DNA of 32,000 nucleotides from Escherichia coli (GTDB lineage Bacteria; Pseudomonadota; Gammaproteobacteria; Enterobacterales; Enterobacteriaceae), in NCBI RefSeq assembly GCF_045290265.1, contig NZ_CP142925.1; one strand, written 5' to 3'. The position numbers and the translations under genes were made by a program. Below are positions 1-10,962 of the stretch, one piece after another (position 1 is the stretch's first letter; each line of letters begins with the position of its first letter). Under the pieces are notes generated by a model that ran no database searches, was not told the origin of the DNA, and saw only the letters and a list, made by a program, of their open reading frames with translations.

Positions 1-1319
1 CGTTTTTCATTGAGTGTGTAAAAGAATCCCATCGTCAATGCAGCAATAATTGCCAGTGCACAAGGCCAGATAAAAATGAGCTGACGCAAACCCTGTAATG
101 TCGCATCACTTTGCGCGATGTTGGGAACATAACCGATTTGCGTCAGCATAATGCCTGGCAAGAAGCCAGCAAGTGCGGCAGAAATTTTACGAAAGAAGGT
201 ATAACCGGTATAAACAGAACCTTCGGCACGAATACCGGTTTTCCATTCACCGTAATCTACGGTATCTGGCACCAGTGCCCAGTTCAGGCTGTTTACAAAG
301 GCCGTGCCAAAAAAGGCGACACAAGAGAACATGACGAAAGTGAAAGAGTTACTTCCCCAGAAATAATTCAGGATATCACCAACCGCCCATAGCACCATGC
401 CAGCTAAATAAACCTGTTTTTTACCAAAACATTTTACAGTTAATGGCACCAGTAATACGCCGACGAGGATACATCCCATACTGAAAAATCCCATCCACGA
501 CAATAAATTAATATCATTCAGCACATACTGGGTGTAATAGACCTGAATCGCCAGTTTGATATTAAATGCCGCCAGGGTACACAGGTTAGCAATGCACAAA
601 ACCAGCAATGGCGGATTACGAAATATCGCGCAAAAAGATTTGAGAATACTGGCTTTATGTCCGGTTGGCGTCGTGTCCACATAATGCTCTTTGACGCCTC
701 TGTAGCACAGCATCATAAAAATAAAGCCACCAATGGAGAACATCAGTGCCGCGCAGGCATAACCGACGGTGGAGTCAGAAAAAAGCGACTGCAACGGAAT
801 AAACGCCACGGTACAAATCAATAGCCCTATGGTTGCACCACCCTGGCGGTAAGCCGCGAGCTGCGCGCGCTCATTCGGGTTTTTGGTAATTGCCGGGATC
901 ATCGCACCATACGAGCAGTTCATCAGACTGTATGAAAGTCCAAACATCATAAACAGTGCGGTGGCAATCGTCGTTTTAACCGGCAAACTAAAGGTGGTGG
1001 CGATAAACTGGAGCGTTGCAATTAACGCCGCCGGAACCGCTGCATATAAAATAAAGGGACGAAATTTGCCTTTAGGCCCAATATTTTTCCGCGAGTCGAG
1101 TAAAAATCCGGTGAGCATATCGGTAAACGCGGTAAAAAACTTCGCCACCAGAAAGATAATCCCGCCATAGTAAGCAGGCATCCCTAATTCATCGGTATAA
1201 AATTTGAGGAGATACAGAGTACCGATGCAGAGCATTAAATTCGAACCGACGTCGCCCATACCATAGGCGATTTTTTCCCGCAGATTCAGTCTTAATGTCA
1301 GTGGATTATGGTCAGACAT
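1..1319 (-). CDS. yihO: YihO, GPH-family (sulfoquinovose) importer, C-terminus truncated by window edge
   Basis: Open minus-strand frame from ATG at 1319 (MSDHNPLTLRLNLREKIAYGMGDVGSNLMLCIGTLYLLKFYTDELG...) running off the left edge. Close paralogue of the adjacent yihP, SD (GGAG) upstream, and yih synteny. Confidence 0.93.
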   Translation of the reverse strand, partial: MSDHNPLTLRLNLREKIAYGMGDVGSNLMLCIGTLYLLKFYTDELGMPAYYGGIIFLVAKFFTAFTDMLTGFLLDSRKNIGPKGKFRPFILYAAVPAALIATLQFIATTFSLPVKTTIATALFMMFGLSYSLMNCSYGAMIPAITKNPNERAQLAAYRQGGATIGLLICTVAFIPLQSLFSDSTVGYACAALMFSIGGFIFMMLCYRGVKEHYVDTTPTGHKASILKSFCAIFRNPPLLVLCIANLCTLAAFNIKLAIQVYYTQYVLNDINLLSWMGFFSMGCILVGVLLVPLTVKCFGKKQVYLAGMVLWAVGDILNYFWGSNSFTFVMFSCVAFFGTAFVNSLNWALVPDTVDYGEWKTGIRAEGSVYTGYTFFRKISAALAGFLPGIMLTQIGYVPNIAQSDATLQGLRQLIFIWPCALAIIAALTMGFFYTLNEK

Positions 1320-1361
1320 AATCACTCCTTATAACGCCCCGCAGGGCGTTGTTTATTATAA

Positions 1362-2747
1362 TTACGCCGTGCGTTTACGGGCTTCTATCTCTTCAACAAT
1401 GCGGACGTACATCTTCTCGTTCAGACTGTAGAAGCAACCCATCGCCACAATGGTGACTACTGCCAGTGCGCTTGGGTAGATGAAGATCAGCTGGCGCAAC
1501 CCTTCAATGGTGTGGTCAGCCTGTGCGACGTTTGGCACATAGCCGATTTGCGTCAGCATCCAGCCTGGGAAGAAACCTGCCAGCGCCTGAGATACTTTGC
1601 GAAAGAAGGTGAAGCCGGTGTAGACCGTACCTTCCGAACGCACACCGGTGCGCCACTCGCCGTACTCGACGGTGTCGGAAACCAGCGCCCAGTTCAGGCT
1701 GTTAACAAACGCCGAGCCGAAGAATGCCAGGCAGGAGAACGCCACAAAGCTGACCGAGCCGCCGCCGAAGAAATAGTTGAGCAGATCGCCCAGCACCCAA
1801 ATCAGCAGGCCGCCGATATAGACCTTCTTCTTACCAAAACGTCTGACTGCGCCAGGCATCAGGAACACGCCGATGAAAATACAGCCCATGCTGAAAAATC
1901 CCATATACGACAACAGGATGGGATCGTTAAGTACGTACTGGGTGTAATAGACCTGGATGGCGAGCTTGACGTTAAACGCCCCTAAAGTGCAGAGGTTGGC
2001 AATGCACAGAATGAACAGCGGGCGGTTACCGGCAATTGCGCGGAAAGATTGCAACAGGCCTGGCTTTTGCGCCGGATTGGTAGGTTGGGTTTCGACATAA
2101 CGCTCTTTCACGCCCGAGTAGCAGATCCACATAAACAGCAGGCCGAACAGTGAAAACAGCGTGGCAGCGAAGATATAGCCAATTTGCTGATTACCTTCGA
2201 TAAGATTCATAACCGGCACGAATCCCACCGTACACAGCAGTAAGCCCAATGTAGCGCCACCCTGACGCCATGCTGCCAGCGATGCGCGTTCGTTGGGGTT
2301 TTTGGTAATAGCGGGGACCATTGCGCCGTAGGAGCAGTTCATCATGCTGAAAAACAGCCCGTAGAGCATAAACAGAATAGTGGCCATCACCGTTTTACCG
2401 GTGACATCAAACGGTGTGCCGACAAAGTTGGCGATCGCCAGCAGAGTGACCGGGAATGATGCATACAGAATAAAAGGGCGGAATTTGCCTTTTGGACCGA
2501 TCTTGCGCCGGGAATCGAGCATGATGCCGGTACCCATATCGGTAAAGGCGGTAAAGAATTTCGAGATCAAAAAGATAATGCCGCCATAGGTGCCGGGCAG
2601 CCCCAGAACGTCGGTATAAAACTTCAAAAGATAAAGCGTGCCGATATCCAGCAGGATGTTAGAGGCCAGATCGCCGATACCGTAAGAGAGTTTCTCTTTA
2701 AAGGGCAGACGTAAAGTAGCCGGATCTTCCGTTGTGATGTGACTCAT
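1362..2747 (-). CDS. yihP: YihP, GPH-family transporter (putative DHPS exporter)
   Basis: ORF 1362..2780. The likely start is MSHITTEDPATLRLPFKEKLSYGIGDLASN at 2747, preceded by an SD (GGGAGAAC). Synteny. Confidence 0.95.
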   Translation of the reverse strand: MSHITTEDPATLRLPFKEKLSYGIGDLASNILLDIGTLYLLKFYTDVLGLPGTYGGIIFLISKFFTAFTDMGTGIMLDSRRKIGPKGKFRPFILYASFPVTLLAIANFVGTPFDVTGKTVMATILFMLYGLFFSMMNCSYGAMVPAITKNPNERASLAAWRQGGATLGLLLCTVGFVPVMNLIEGNQQIGYIFAATLFSLFGLLFMWICYSGVKERYVETQPTNPAQKPGLLQSFRAIAGNRPLFILCIANLCTLGAFNVKLAIQVYYTQYVLNDPILLSYMGFFSMGCIFIGVFLMPGAVRRFGKKKVYIGGLLIWVLGDLLNYFFGGGSVSFVAFSCLAFFGSAFVNSLNWALVSDTVEYGEWRTGVRSEGTVYTGFTFFRKVSQALAGFFPGWMLTQIGYVPNVAQADHTIEGLRQLIFIYPSALAVVTIVAMGCFYSLNEKMYVRIVEEIEARKRTA

Positions 2748-2792
2748 CGTTGTTCTCCCTTTGCCCGTGAGTTTCCCCACGGGCGGACGTGA

Positions 2793-4829
2793 TTAGATGC
2801 TTTTTAACGACGCGAACAGTGCCGCCCATTCGCTATCGGCGCGATAAAAGACCGGCGGCTTGCCGATGGGCGCATTAACGGTCACTTCCCCGCCCCGGAA
2901 TGCTTCACCCGTCCAGGCATGGACCCAGTTATCCTCCGGCAGATAGAGCGTCCAGTCGCTACGGCCTTCTTCATGCACCGGAGCGACCAGAATGTCGCGG
3001 CCTAACAGGTACTGATATTTCAGGGTGTAGGTCTGCGCGTCGTCTTCGTAATGCAGGAACAGCGGGCGCATGACCGGCAGACCGGACTTCGCATTCAGCG
3101 CGACGGCCTCTTTCAGATAAGGTTTCAGGGTGGTGAAGACGGTGGTCATACGGGCGAAATGGGCGATGGTTTCCGCGTCGCCGTCAAACTGCCAGTTGTC
3201 GCCAGGACGGTTACCTTCGTGGGTGCGCATCATCGGCGTGAAGGCGCTGAAATCGCACCAGCGCAGCAGCAGCTCTTTGCTGCGCTTCATCTCAAACAGG
3301 GTGGTGTAACCGCCAATGTCGCTGTGATGCAGGCCATGTCCGGTCATTGCCAGCGACAGCGCCGCCGGGACAACCGACGCCAGGCCATCGTCGAGACTCC
3401 AGTCGACGTTCTGGTCGCCCGCCCACATCATGGTGGAGTATTTCTGGCTACCGGTAGAACCGGCGCGCATAAAGAAGAGGATCTCGCCGAGCTTGCCCGT
3501 TTCTTCAAGGGCTTCGTAGTTACATTTCGCCCACAGCGCAGGCCAGGCGTTATGCATAATTTCCGCGCTGACGCCGTTATGCAGGTACGTGTCGGTGGGC
3601 AGATACTCGCCGAAGTCAGCCATCCAGCCGCCGCAGCCAAGTTCAATCATGTTCTTTTTGATCACTTCCTTGAACCAGGCGTAGGCTTCTGGATTGGTGA
3701 GGTCGACAACGCCGCCATAGAACTCGCCAAACTCCACCAGATAGTCGCCGCCAGAGGCATCTTTTGCCAGATAACCGCGCTTTGCCGCCTCTTCGCAGAG
3801 ATCTTTATCGCTGGCTACATACGGGTTGATATAGGCCAGGAACTGCACGCCCTCTTTGTTCCACTGCTTAATACGTGAGTCCAGTTGCGGATAGTTTTCG
3901 CTGTTCCACTTCCAGTTCCACATTACGCGTTTGCCAAAAGAGGTCATACGGATCCCGGACCAGTCCTGCGCCCAGATGCCGTTAACCTTCACACCCGCGT
4001 TACGCATGGTGTCCAGTTTCTTCTGACACACTTCCGTCCCGCCCTGAATGCCGAGCGTTACCCCGTCATAAATCCAGTCGGGCAGTTCTGGCTGGCGTCC
4101 CAGCAGGGCAGTTAATTTTTCCAGCAGGGAGATGTATGTATCAGCACATTCAAAACGCAGCGTTGCTTTGTCTTCCCACAGCGCCAGTTCATGGTATTCC
4201 GGGGCGCTAAAGTCGAAGTTCATGTAGCAACTGTTATCAACATGGCAGTAATACTTCTGCGTGCTGACAAACGTAGGCTGTGGGAAGAAAGTCCAGTAAT
4301 AGTCGCCGCCCGCGTTCTCTTTGCAGTCGGCCTGCCAGGTGACATAGGTTTGCTTGTTGCGACCAACGCCTTGTTCACTGGTCCATAGCGGGAACGGTTT
4401 GCCGCGCAGATCGAAGTAGGAAAACTGTTCGCCGCAGCCGTAGATATGGTCCTCTGGTTGAGCGGCAAGGCGCAGCCAGATGCGGTTGTGGTTAAGGTTG
4501 TCGTTTTGTAGTTCCAGCAATAAACGGCCCTGATCGTCGGCAGAGATATTCAGCGTGGCGCTAATGTCAGAACCACGGCTGAAATGGATTAACCAACCAT
4601 CCGGTGACTGGCTGACGATGGCGTCGGTAAGCGCAATTTTCTCCTGTAGTTTATCTTTAATGCTGAAATTGCCGCGGAACATATCGATATCCGCAATACC
4701 TGAACCAATCCATAAACAAGGATTATCTTTGCTATGGGTTAAAATAAGACGCTGTTGAAAATGTAGGGTAAAACAGTCGTTATTCTGATGAAACTGAAAA
4801 TCTGGTAATTGTGGGCGTGGCGTATCCAT
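2793..4829 (-). CDS. yihQ: YihQ, sulfoquinovosidase (GH31 alpha-glucosidase family)
   Basis: 678-aa ORF with GH31 motifs (WMADFGEY, GHDIGGY-like GLHHSDIGGYTT). Length and position match yihQ. Confidence 0.96.
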   Translation of the reverse strand: MDTPRPQLPDFQFHQNNDCFTLHFQQRLILTHSKDNPCLWIGSGIADIDMFRGNFSIKDKLQEKIALTDAIVSQSPDGWLIHFSRGSDISATLNISADDQGRLLLELQNDNLNHNRIWLRLAAQPEDHIYGCGEQFSYFDLRGKPFPLWTSEQGVGRNKQTYVTWQADCKENAGGDYYWTFFPQPTFVSTQKYYCHVDNSCYMNFDFSAPEYHELALWEDKATLRFECADTYISLLEKLTALLGRQPELPDWIYDGVTLGIQGGTEVCQKKLDTMRNAGVKVNGIWAQDWSGIRMTSFGKRVMWNWKWNSENYPQLDSRIKQWNKEGVQFLAYINPYVASDKDLCEEAAKRGYLAKDASGGDYLVEFGEFYGGVVDLTNPEAYAWFKEVIKKNMIELGCGGWMADFGEYLPTDTYLHNGVSAEIMHNAWPALWAKCNYEALEETGKLGEILFFMRAGSTGSQKYSTMMWAGDQNVDWSLDDGLASVVPAALSLAMTGHGLHHSDIGGYTTLFEMKRSKELLLRWCDFSAFTPMMRTHEGNRPGDNWQFDGDAETIAHFARMTTVFTTLKPYLKEAVALNAKSGLPVMRPLFLHYEDDAQTYTLKYQYLLGRDILVAPVHEEGRSDWTLYLPEDNWVHAWTGEAFRGGEVTVNAPIGKPPVFYRADSEWAALFASLKSI

Positions 4830-4936
4830 AAATAATCTCCATAGAGTATAAAGCTAATATTTCATGCCATCCTGTTGTTACAGGTTTCATTAATTAAAGA
4901 ATGTGTGCGGGTATAAATTAAAACCCGCATAAGTGA

Positions 4937-5812
4937 TTATTTACTTTCTTCAGCCCGGCGGATTGCCGCCACTTTTTTACCAAATGCCAGTTGCAGTATA
5001 ACTAACAAGGTAAAAGGAGGCAGAAGCGCGGCAGCAGCGGGAATTCCCAGCGCGCCTTTTATCAACATAGAACCGGAGGCAATCAGCAACAAAAAGACCA
5101 TCACACGGAACACTTTGACTGAAATGCGTTTATGCACATATTGTCCAACCAGTGAACCGAGGATCATGGTGGGAATACAAAACAGCACCAGTTTAAAGAT
5201 AGAAACAGTCAAAATTCCGCTGGTCGCCAGCCCGCCGATCACCGCGATGTTGTTTGCGGTGAAGAAAGCGTTCAGAGTGCCACGAAATGCCGCCGGGCCT
5301 AAGTTACGCAGCATACCGTAGATAACCATCGGCGGTCCGTTGGTTGAGAACGCCGCGCCTAATGCGCCAGCTACTGCGCCGATAGGTGCGGCGATCCAGT
5401 TACGGTCATAAATCGGCAGGCGAGGAATAAACATGCTGTAAAACGAGTAAAGGATAAGGAATCCGCCTAAGCCCACTTTCATAAAATGGTCGGGTAAATA
5501 CGACAGCGCATATAAACCGACGGGTATTCCCAGAAACGAGAAAATAATCAGTACCATTGCCGATCGCCAATCCGTTTCTTTACGTGACAGCCAGGTGGCG
5601 TACAAGGCGGTCGCGGTGCCGACAATCACCGAGAGCGGAGTTGCCATTTTTACGGGGAGCATTAACGTGACGAGCGGCATAGTGGTTAAACCACCGCCAA
5701 ATCCCGCGCATATCCCCACAAAGGTATAAAGAAACATTAACGCGATAACGATACATACCACGCTTGTTTCCACCATGGCCCCATCCGGCGAAAATAACGT
5801 AAAAAAGTCCAT
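4937..5812 (-). CDS. TauE/SafE-family membrane permease (putative sulfite/sulfonate exporter)
   Basis: 291-aa hydrophobic ORF with a TauE/SafE-like pattern (FVGICAGFGGGLTTMPLVTLMLP...ATPLSVIVGTATALYATWLSRKETDW...GPPMVIY...FRGTLNAFF). Same strand as the yih operon. In K-12 yihQ (b3878) and yihR (b3879) are consecutive loci, so this gene is extra. Confidence 0.85.
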   Translation of the reverse strand: MDFFTLFSPDGAMVETSVVCIVIALMFLYTFVGICAGFGGGLTTMPLVTLMLPVKMATPLSVIVGTATALYATWLSRKETDWRSAMVLIIFSFLGIPVGLYALSYLPDHFMKVGLGGFLILYSFYSMFIPRLPIYDRNWIAAPIGAVAGALGAAFSTNGPPMVIYGMLRNLGPAAFRGTLNAFFTANNIAVIGGLATSGILTVSIFKLVLFCIPTMILGSLVGQYVHKRISVKVFRVMVFLLLIASGSMLIKGALGIPAAAALLPPFTLLVILQLAFGKKVAAIRRAEESK

Positions 5813-5872
5813 AATATTTCCTGTTGTGTAAATACAACCCTAAACAATGATCTCGTTCTTTTCTTAATAAAA

Positions 5873-6784
5873 TTAATTGTGCTGCCCGTGAATATTAAAA
5901 AACAGGCGGTGCGTTTTTCCTGGTTCCAGTAATAATAAGTCGATACCTGAATTAAAGGCGTTAGGCGGGCAACTCATAGGTTCAACTGCCAGTCCCTGAC
6001 GCTGTAATTTTTCACCGCTATAAACCTGCACCCAGGGTTGATCGGAACAGAGGCTCACCGAAAGCGCCTGTTGTGGATGGGTAATGGTTATTTCCCACAG
6101 ATCATTAGCGGTTTTAAAGGTATGGTCTATTTTTGTCGCGGCTATTTTTGTCGCCCGCGTGAAATTTAAATTCAGCTCATCAACGTGGTGAAGCGTTGTC
6201 GGATTTGCGTGCTCATCGACGGCATAAACCTGTTCTGCCGGAAGCTGGAAAAGATAGTCATCAACAGATGTTAAGTTGCAGGTTAAATAAGGATGAATAC
6301 CCACACCATAAGGTGCGGTCACAGTACCAATATTCTGGCTTGCGATCTCAACGGAAAGACCCGTGCGTGCATTGAGCGAATAAACAACTTGTGAAGCCAG
6401 CATAAACGGATAGCCGTAACTGGGCGGCAGAAAAGCTGTCAGGGTAACGCTGGTGGCGGTTAATTCGCTAATTTGCCAGTCACGCCAGGCAAGCAGCCCG
6501 TGAATAGCGGCTTTTGAACTATGTTCATTAATGGGTAACTGATAGTCCTGCCCCTGATAGCGATAACAGCCGTTGGCGATCCGGTTCGGCCACGGAATAA
6601 GCACTTTACCCAGATGCGCCAGCGGCATCTCTTCGGGTTTGTGCGGGATGACTAAATGACAACCCTGAAAGGTTAATTCAGCCAGACCAGCACCAACCGT
6701 CACGATAGTCGCGTGATAATCCCCCGCGGCAAGTGAAACGGTTTGTCCACTGCAATGCATGTTGGTGATTTGCATACGAGGCAC
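5873..6784 (-). CDS. yihR: YihR, aldose-1-epimerase-like (sulfoquinovose mutarotase)
   Basis: 303-aa ORF with mutarotase-like motifs (IPWPNRIANGCYRYQGQDYQLPINE, GIHPYLT, AVEPMSCPPNAFNSG). Operon position. Confidence 0.9.
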   Translation of the reverse strand: MPRMQITNMHCSGQTVSLAAGDYHATIVTVGAGLAELTFQGCHLVIPHKPEEMPLAHLGKVLIPWPNRIANGCYRYQGQDYQLPINEHSSKAAIHGLLAWRDWQISELTATSVTLTAFLPPSYGYPFMLASQVVYSLNARTGLSVEIASQNIGTVTAPYGVGIHPYLTCNLTSVDDYLFQLPAEQVYAVDEHANPTTLHHVDELNLNFTRATKIAATKIDHTFKTANDLWEITITHPQQALSVSLCSDQPWVQVYSGEKLQRQGLAVEPMSCPPNAFNSGIDLLLLEPGKTHRLFFNIHGQHN

Positions 6785-6842
6785 CTTTATTGAATAACGA
6801 CATACCCGGCATGTAGCCTGATATGCCGTTATTTCAGCTCAG

Positions 6843-8084
6843 TTATTTCGCGTTAACGTCCAGCAGGCCTGCGGCAACAGCCGGAGCCAGGCCTGGCGCT
6901 AACGGGATACGCGGGATCACCAGGCAATGCAGCAGGTGATAAATATCCTGTTTGCCGTCCCAGACTTTCGTGGTGACTTTATTGTCCGCATCCAGCTCCT
7001 GCCACCAGGAACCATTTTCATAGTCCATCAGGTACTTAATGCAGTAGTCCCACCATGTCTGATACCAGGTTTCATACTGGCGATCGCCGGTGGCGGTGTA
7101 GAGCGCGTAAGCCGTACCCATCGCTTCGACGATAGGCCAACGCACACGTTCGCGGACCACCGGTTTGCCTTCCCAGTCAACGGTATAAACAATCCCGTCC
7201 GCGCCATCGGGTGCCCAGGCATCGCGCACGGTGGCGTTAAATAGACCTTTGGCATCTTCTAGCAGCCAGGCAGGCGGCTGTTCACAACGGGCTTCCAGGG
7301 CCGCGTGGATGTGCAGCATTAAACGGCCCCATTCGATCCAGTGGCCCGGCGTGCCACCGAATGCGCGGAAGCGGTGCGCCGGGTTATCTTTGTTGTAATC
7401 CGGCAGCGGATTCCACTGGGTATCGAAGTGCTCGTTAACGCGATAATGATTATTTCTGGCGACGTCGTGGATAATCACGGAAGCCACGCGAATCGCGCGA
7501 TCCAGCCATTTTTTGTCATGGGTGACGTCATAGACAATCAGGAAGGCTTCCACCGCGTGCATGTTGGCATTGCCGCCGCGGTACTCTTCGGTTTTGCTGA
7601 AGGCTTCGTCCCAGGACTCCAGGCACATCTGCTCTTCTTCGCTCCAGAAGTATTTCTCAATAATTTCAATGGCGTAATCGAGAAGTTTACGGGCTTCCGG
7701 GTGACCGGTAGTGACGGCGCTGGCAGCACCCAGCAGAGCAAAGAAGTGTTGATAGCCCTGTTTGGAGGCATCCACCACGCCCTCGTCATTCACGCAGGCA
7801 TACCAACCGCCATATTTTTTATCGCGCAGTGCGCCGTTCATGGCTTTGATACCGTGATCAACCAACGAGTAAGCGCCAGGTCGACCCATCGCCGCAGCAA
7901 CGGAATAAACGTGCAACATACGAGCGGTGATCCACAGATGGGTGCCCATCTCTTCTTTGATTTGCCCTTTATTGCCTAACCAGCCAAATCCGGTCGGTAC
8001 TACGGAATTTTTACCAAAATCAAAGATGCGGTCGGTTTCCTGTTCCAGCCAACGGTTGTGACTTAAGGTGTTAAACCATTTCAT
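6843..8084 (-). CDS. yihS: YihS, sulfoquinovose isomerase (AGE family)
   Basis: 413-aa [40 protein letters not shown]; recognised YihS sequence, length and synteny. Confidence 0.97.
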   Translation of the reverse strand: MKWFNTLSHNRWLEQETDRIFDFGKNSVVPTGFGWLGNKGQIKEEMGTHLWITARMLHVYSVAAAMGRPGAYSLVDHGIKAMNGALRDKKYGGWYACVNDEGVVDASKQGYQHFFALLGAASAVTTGHPEARKLLDYAIEIIEKYFWSEEEQMCLESWDEAFSKTEEYRGGNANMHAVEAFLIVYDVTHDKKWLDRAIRVASVIIHDVARNNHYRVNEHFDTQWNPLPDYNKDNPAHRFRAFGGTPGHWIEWGRLMLHIHAALEARCEQPPAWLLEDAKGLFNATVRDAWAPDGADGIVYTVDWEGKPVVRERVRWPIVEAMGTAYALYTATGDRQYETWYQTWWDYCIKYLMDYENGSWWQELDADNKVTTKVWDGKQDIYHLLHCLVIPRIPLAPGLAPAVAAGLLDVNAK

Positions 8085-8099
8085 TTTTGTATCCCCATC

Positions 8100-8978
8100 T
8101 TAACGGCGTTTAGCCATCATTTCGTCGACGATATCGCCAAGTTGTTGTAATTTAGGTGCGCAAACGTCACGCAGCATCAGCTCGTTGTCTGGTAAACCGA
8201 CAACCGATGCCCAGACGGCACGACCAGCCAGGAAGCCCGATGCACCCGCTGTCATTGCCACGCGTACGGCACGCGGGAACAGTTTTTCGTCGACACCGGA
8301 AGAAAGTATCACCCACGGCATATTGATATGGTCATTCAGACGTTGTGAAGCACTGAGAAGCTCTTGTTGCGGACCTTTACCGTAAAGCGGCATTTCAACT
8401 TTGTAGAGGTCAGCGCCACTGTCGCCCAGCTCTTTAGCAGCATCGATGATCGCTTGTTCGCGATCGAATTTATCGCCACGACGTGGTGGGCGGACGACTG
8501 GCTCAATAATGCTTACCAGGCCGTGTGAGTGGCACAGTTCGTTAAACTCTTTCACCATATCCAGACGTTGCTGCGCATCTTCATCACTACGCCACAGCAC
8601 CAGCAGTTTTAAGGCTTTGCCACCGTCTTGTTTGATTTGTAGCGGATTGATTTTGCGGTCAATGACCACGCTATCTACCGGAATACCGTTGCCAGGAATG
8701 AACTCATCGGCGGCGACAATCATGGCGCAACTTTTGGCAATCGCGTTTTGCTCAACCACCTGGCGGTAACAGAATTGCTGATCCACCAGAATCGCCGAGG
8801 CATAAGGCGAGAGGGCCTTTGCAGCGTTAACTTTGAAATCAGTTAAAACGCTATCGGCTACTGGAGCGGGTGCCCCAGCCGCGGCAAACATCATGCGCAT
8901 GGCTTCGCGTTGATCGACCGCCAGCATGGCAAAACCGCCCGATGCGCGTGTAATGTCGTTGATGGTGTACTTATTCAT
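8100..8978 (-). CDS. yihT: YihT, 6-deoxy-6-sulfofructose-1-phosphate aldolase
   Basis: 292-aa [34 protein letters not shown]..., LacD/YihT class I aldolase-like. Synteny. Confidence 0.97.
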   Translation of the reverse strand: MNKYTINDITRASGGFAMLAVDQREAMRMMFAAAGAPAPVADSVLTDFKVNAAKALSPYASAILVDQQFCYRQVVEQNAIAKSCAMIVAADEFIPGNGIPVDSVVIDRKINPLQIKQDGGKALKLLVLWRSDEDAQQRLDMVKEFNELCHSHGLVSIIEPVVRPPRRGDKFDREQAIIDAAKELGDSGADLYKVEMPLYGKGPQQELLSASQRLNDHINMPWVILSSGVDEKLFPRAVRVAMTAGASGFLAGRAVWASVVGLPDNELMLRDVCAPKLQQLGDIVDEMMAKRR

Positions 8979-9001
8979 TCATTTATTCCTTTATCCAGTC
9001 G

Positions 9002-9898
9002 TTACATTTTTACTTTGGCAGTCATCCCGGCACTGACACGGACTTGTTCCAGAATGGCGGACCAGTCCTGGCGACCGCGACCCGCTGCGCGCGCCTGGCT
9101 ATAAACCTCCCGTGAGGCGGCCCCCAGCGGCATTGGCACATGCAGCTGGTTGGCGACATCAAGGGCGATACCAAGATCCTTATGGGCAAGATCGATCATG
9201 AAGGCGGGAGAAAGATCCCCGCTGAGGACTTTGTTTGACCAGGAAGTGGTGAAGTGGCCTTTACCGGCGGCGGTGCCGCTCATCACCTTGACGGCAACAT
9301 CGAAGGGAAGATTCAGGGCTTCGCACAAAACAGCGGCTTCTGCCGAAAGCGCATTGAGCGCGATGCTCATGTAGTTGTTGATGAGCTTAACGCGGATCCC
9401 CATGCCCGGACCGCCCGCGTTGATCAACTCACTGCCCATCGCCATCAGGATCGGTGTGGCGCGTTCAACTTGTTCAGCGGTGCCGCCAGCCAGCAGTAAC
9501 AGAGTACCGGTAATGGCATTTGCAGAAGTACGGCCTACCGGAACATCCATCATGCTGAAGCCTTTGGCTTGCATATCGGCAATCAATTTATCGGTTTGCA
9601 GCGGATGGATGGTCGACATATCGATGACCAGCGCATCGGTAGATAAGCTTTCGCAAACGCCGTTTTCACCGAACAACACGCTGCGCACCAGATCGCCATT
9701 CGGCAACATGGTAATGATAAATTCGGCATCTTTAGCGGCCTGCGCCGGGTTGGCGGCGGGAGTCGCACCTTTGTCTACCAGATGCCGCACAGCTTCGGCG
9801 TTCACATCAAAGACGCGAAGTTGATGCCCTTGCTGCAATAAATTGCTTGCCATTGGCGAACCCATTTGTCCTAAACCGATAAACGCGATTGCTGCCAT
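9002..9898 (-). CDS. yihU: YihU, 3-sulfolactaldehyde reductase (beta-hydroxyacid dehydrogenase family)
   Basis: 298-aa ORF with N-terminal [13 protein letters not shown] Rossmann motif. Synteny. Confidence 0.97.
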   Translation of the reverse strand: MAAIAFIGLGQMGSPMASNLLQQGHQLRVFDVNAEAVRHLVDKGATPAANPAQAAKDAEFIITMLPNGDLVRSVLFGENGVCESLSTDALVIDMSTIHPLQTDKLIADMQAKGFSMMDVPVGRTSANAITGTLLLLAGGTAEQVERATPILMAMGSELINAGGPGMGIRVKLINNYMSIALNALSAEAAVLCEALNLPFDVAVKVMSGTAAGKGHFTTSWSNKVLSGDLSPAFMIDLAHKDLGIALDVANQLHVPMPLGAASREVYSQARAAGRGRQDWSAILEQVRVSAGMTAKVKM

Positions 9899-9917
9899 AA
9901 CCCTCTCCTGAATACAG

Positions 9918-10011
9918 TGATGTCACTTTTTGTCATTTATGACATGCTTTGCTTGTCTGTTTTTGATCGTATTTGTAATTTATCGTCAAAAAATTGACAG
10001 CCGTCACTTTT
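9918..10011. promoter_or_regulatory. Divergent yihU/yihV promoter-operator region with repeated GTCACTTTTT motifs and TGTCAT/ATGACA palindrome
   Basis: GTCACTTTTTGTCA at 9922..9935, GTCACTTTTT at 10002..10011, TGTCAT-TT-ATGACA at 9931..9944, and GTCAA-N4-TTGAC at 9984..9997. Confidence 0.5.
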
Positions 10012-10065
10012 TAAACAATTGGTGAAATTAAAATGAACGCATCCCAAAATGCTTAAGGAATGACC

Positions 10066-10962
10066 ATGATTCGTGTTGCTTGTGTAGGTATTACCGTGAT
10101 GGATCGTATTTATTACGTGGAAGGATTACCGACGGAGAGCGGTAAATACGTGGCGAGAAATTATACGGAAGTTGGTGGCGGGCCAGCGGCGACGGCAGCG
10201 GTTGCGGCGGCAAGGCTGGGGGCGCAGGTCGATTTTATTGGTCGCGTCGGTGATGACGACACGGGTAACAGCCTGCTGGCAGAGCTGGAATCCTGGGGTG
10301 TTAACACCCGTTACACCAAACGGTATAACCAGGCGAAATCTTCGCAATCCGCCATCATGGTGGATGCCAAAGGCGAGCGGATAATCATTAACTACCCCAG
10401 CCCGGACCTGCTGCCTGACGCAGAGTGGTTGGAGGAAATTGATTTCTCTCAGTGGGATGTTGTGCTGGCAGATGTACGCTGGCACGACGGTGCTAAAAAA
10501 GCCTTCACTCTGGCCCGGCAGGCGGGCGTGATGACTGTGCTGGACGGGGATATTACGCCGCAGGATATCAGCGAACTGGTGGCGTTAAGCGATCACGCGG
10601 CTTTTTCAGAACCGGGTCTGGCGCGCTTAACGGGCGTGAAAGAGATGGCGAGTGCGCTAAAACAGGCGCAAACGCTCACAAATGGTCATGTCTATGTGAC
10701 CCAGGGCAGCGCAGGCTGCGACTGGCTGGAAAATGGCGGGCGTCAACATCAGCCGGCCTTCAAAGTTGATGTGGTAGATACCACAGGTGCGGGTGATGTT
10801 TTTCACGGCGCATTGGCGGTGGCGCTGGCAACCGGTGGGAATTTAGCGGAGTCAGTTCGCTTCGCCAGCGGTGTGGCGGCGTTAAAATGCACTCGTCCCG
10901 GTGGACGAGCCGGGATCCCTGACTGTGATCAAACCCGATCTTTTTTGTCACTTTTTGTATAA
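10066..10962 (+). CDS. yihV: YihV, 6-deoxy-6-sulfofructose kinase (PfkB/ribokinase family)
   Basis: ORF 10060..10962. Start MIRVACVGITVMDRIYY at 10066 gives 298 aa. PfkB signature VVDTTGAGDVFHGALAVAL. Confidence 0.95.
   Translation: MIRVACVGITVMDRIYYVEGLPTESGKYVARNYTEVGGGPAATAAVAAARLGAQVDFIGRVGDDDTGNSLLAELESWGVNTRYTKRYNQAKSSQSAIMVDAKGERIIINYPSPDLLPDAEWLEEIDFSQWDVVLADVRWHDGAKKAFTLARQAGVMTVLDGDITPQDISELVALSDHAAFSEPGLARLTGVKEMASALKQAQTLTNGHVYVTQGSAGCDWLENGGRQHQPAFKVDVVDTTGAGDVFHGALAVALATGGNLAESVRFASGVAALKCTRPGGRAGIPDCDQTRSFLSLFV

Noticed and set aside
111-1170. Apparent lack of a minus-strand ORF in 1..1319, suggesting decayed DNA
   Set aside because: The ORF track only lists frames closed inside the window. 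The minus frame from 1319 is fully open and encodes YihO running past the edge.
1-2747. Two adjacent near-identical transporters, possibly a recent duplication or assembly artefact
   Set aside because: yihO and yihP are known ancient tandem paralogues in the E. coli sulfoquinovose locus, and the sequences are clearly diverged.
3051-3878. Long plus-strand ORF (275 aa) antisense to yihQ
   Set aside because: Antisense shadow frame of a high-GC coding gene. It has no recognisable domain and no good RBS.
7341-7979. 212-aa ORF antisense to yihS
   Set aside because: Mirror frame of the conserved isomerase gene, with no independent support.
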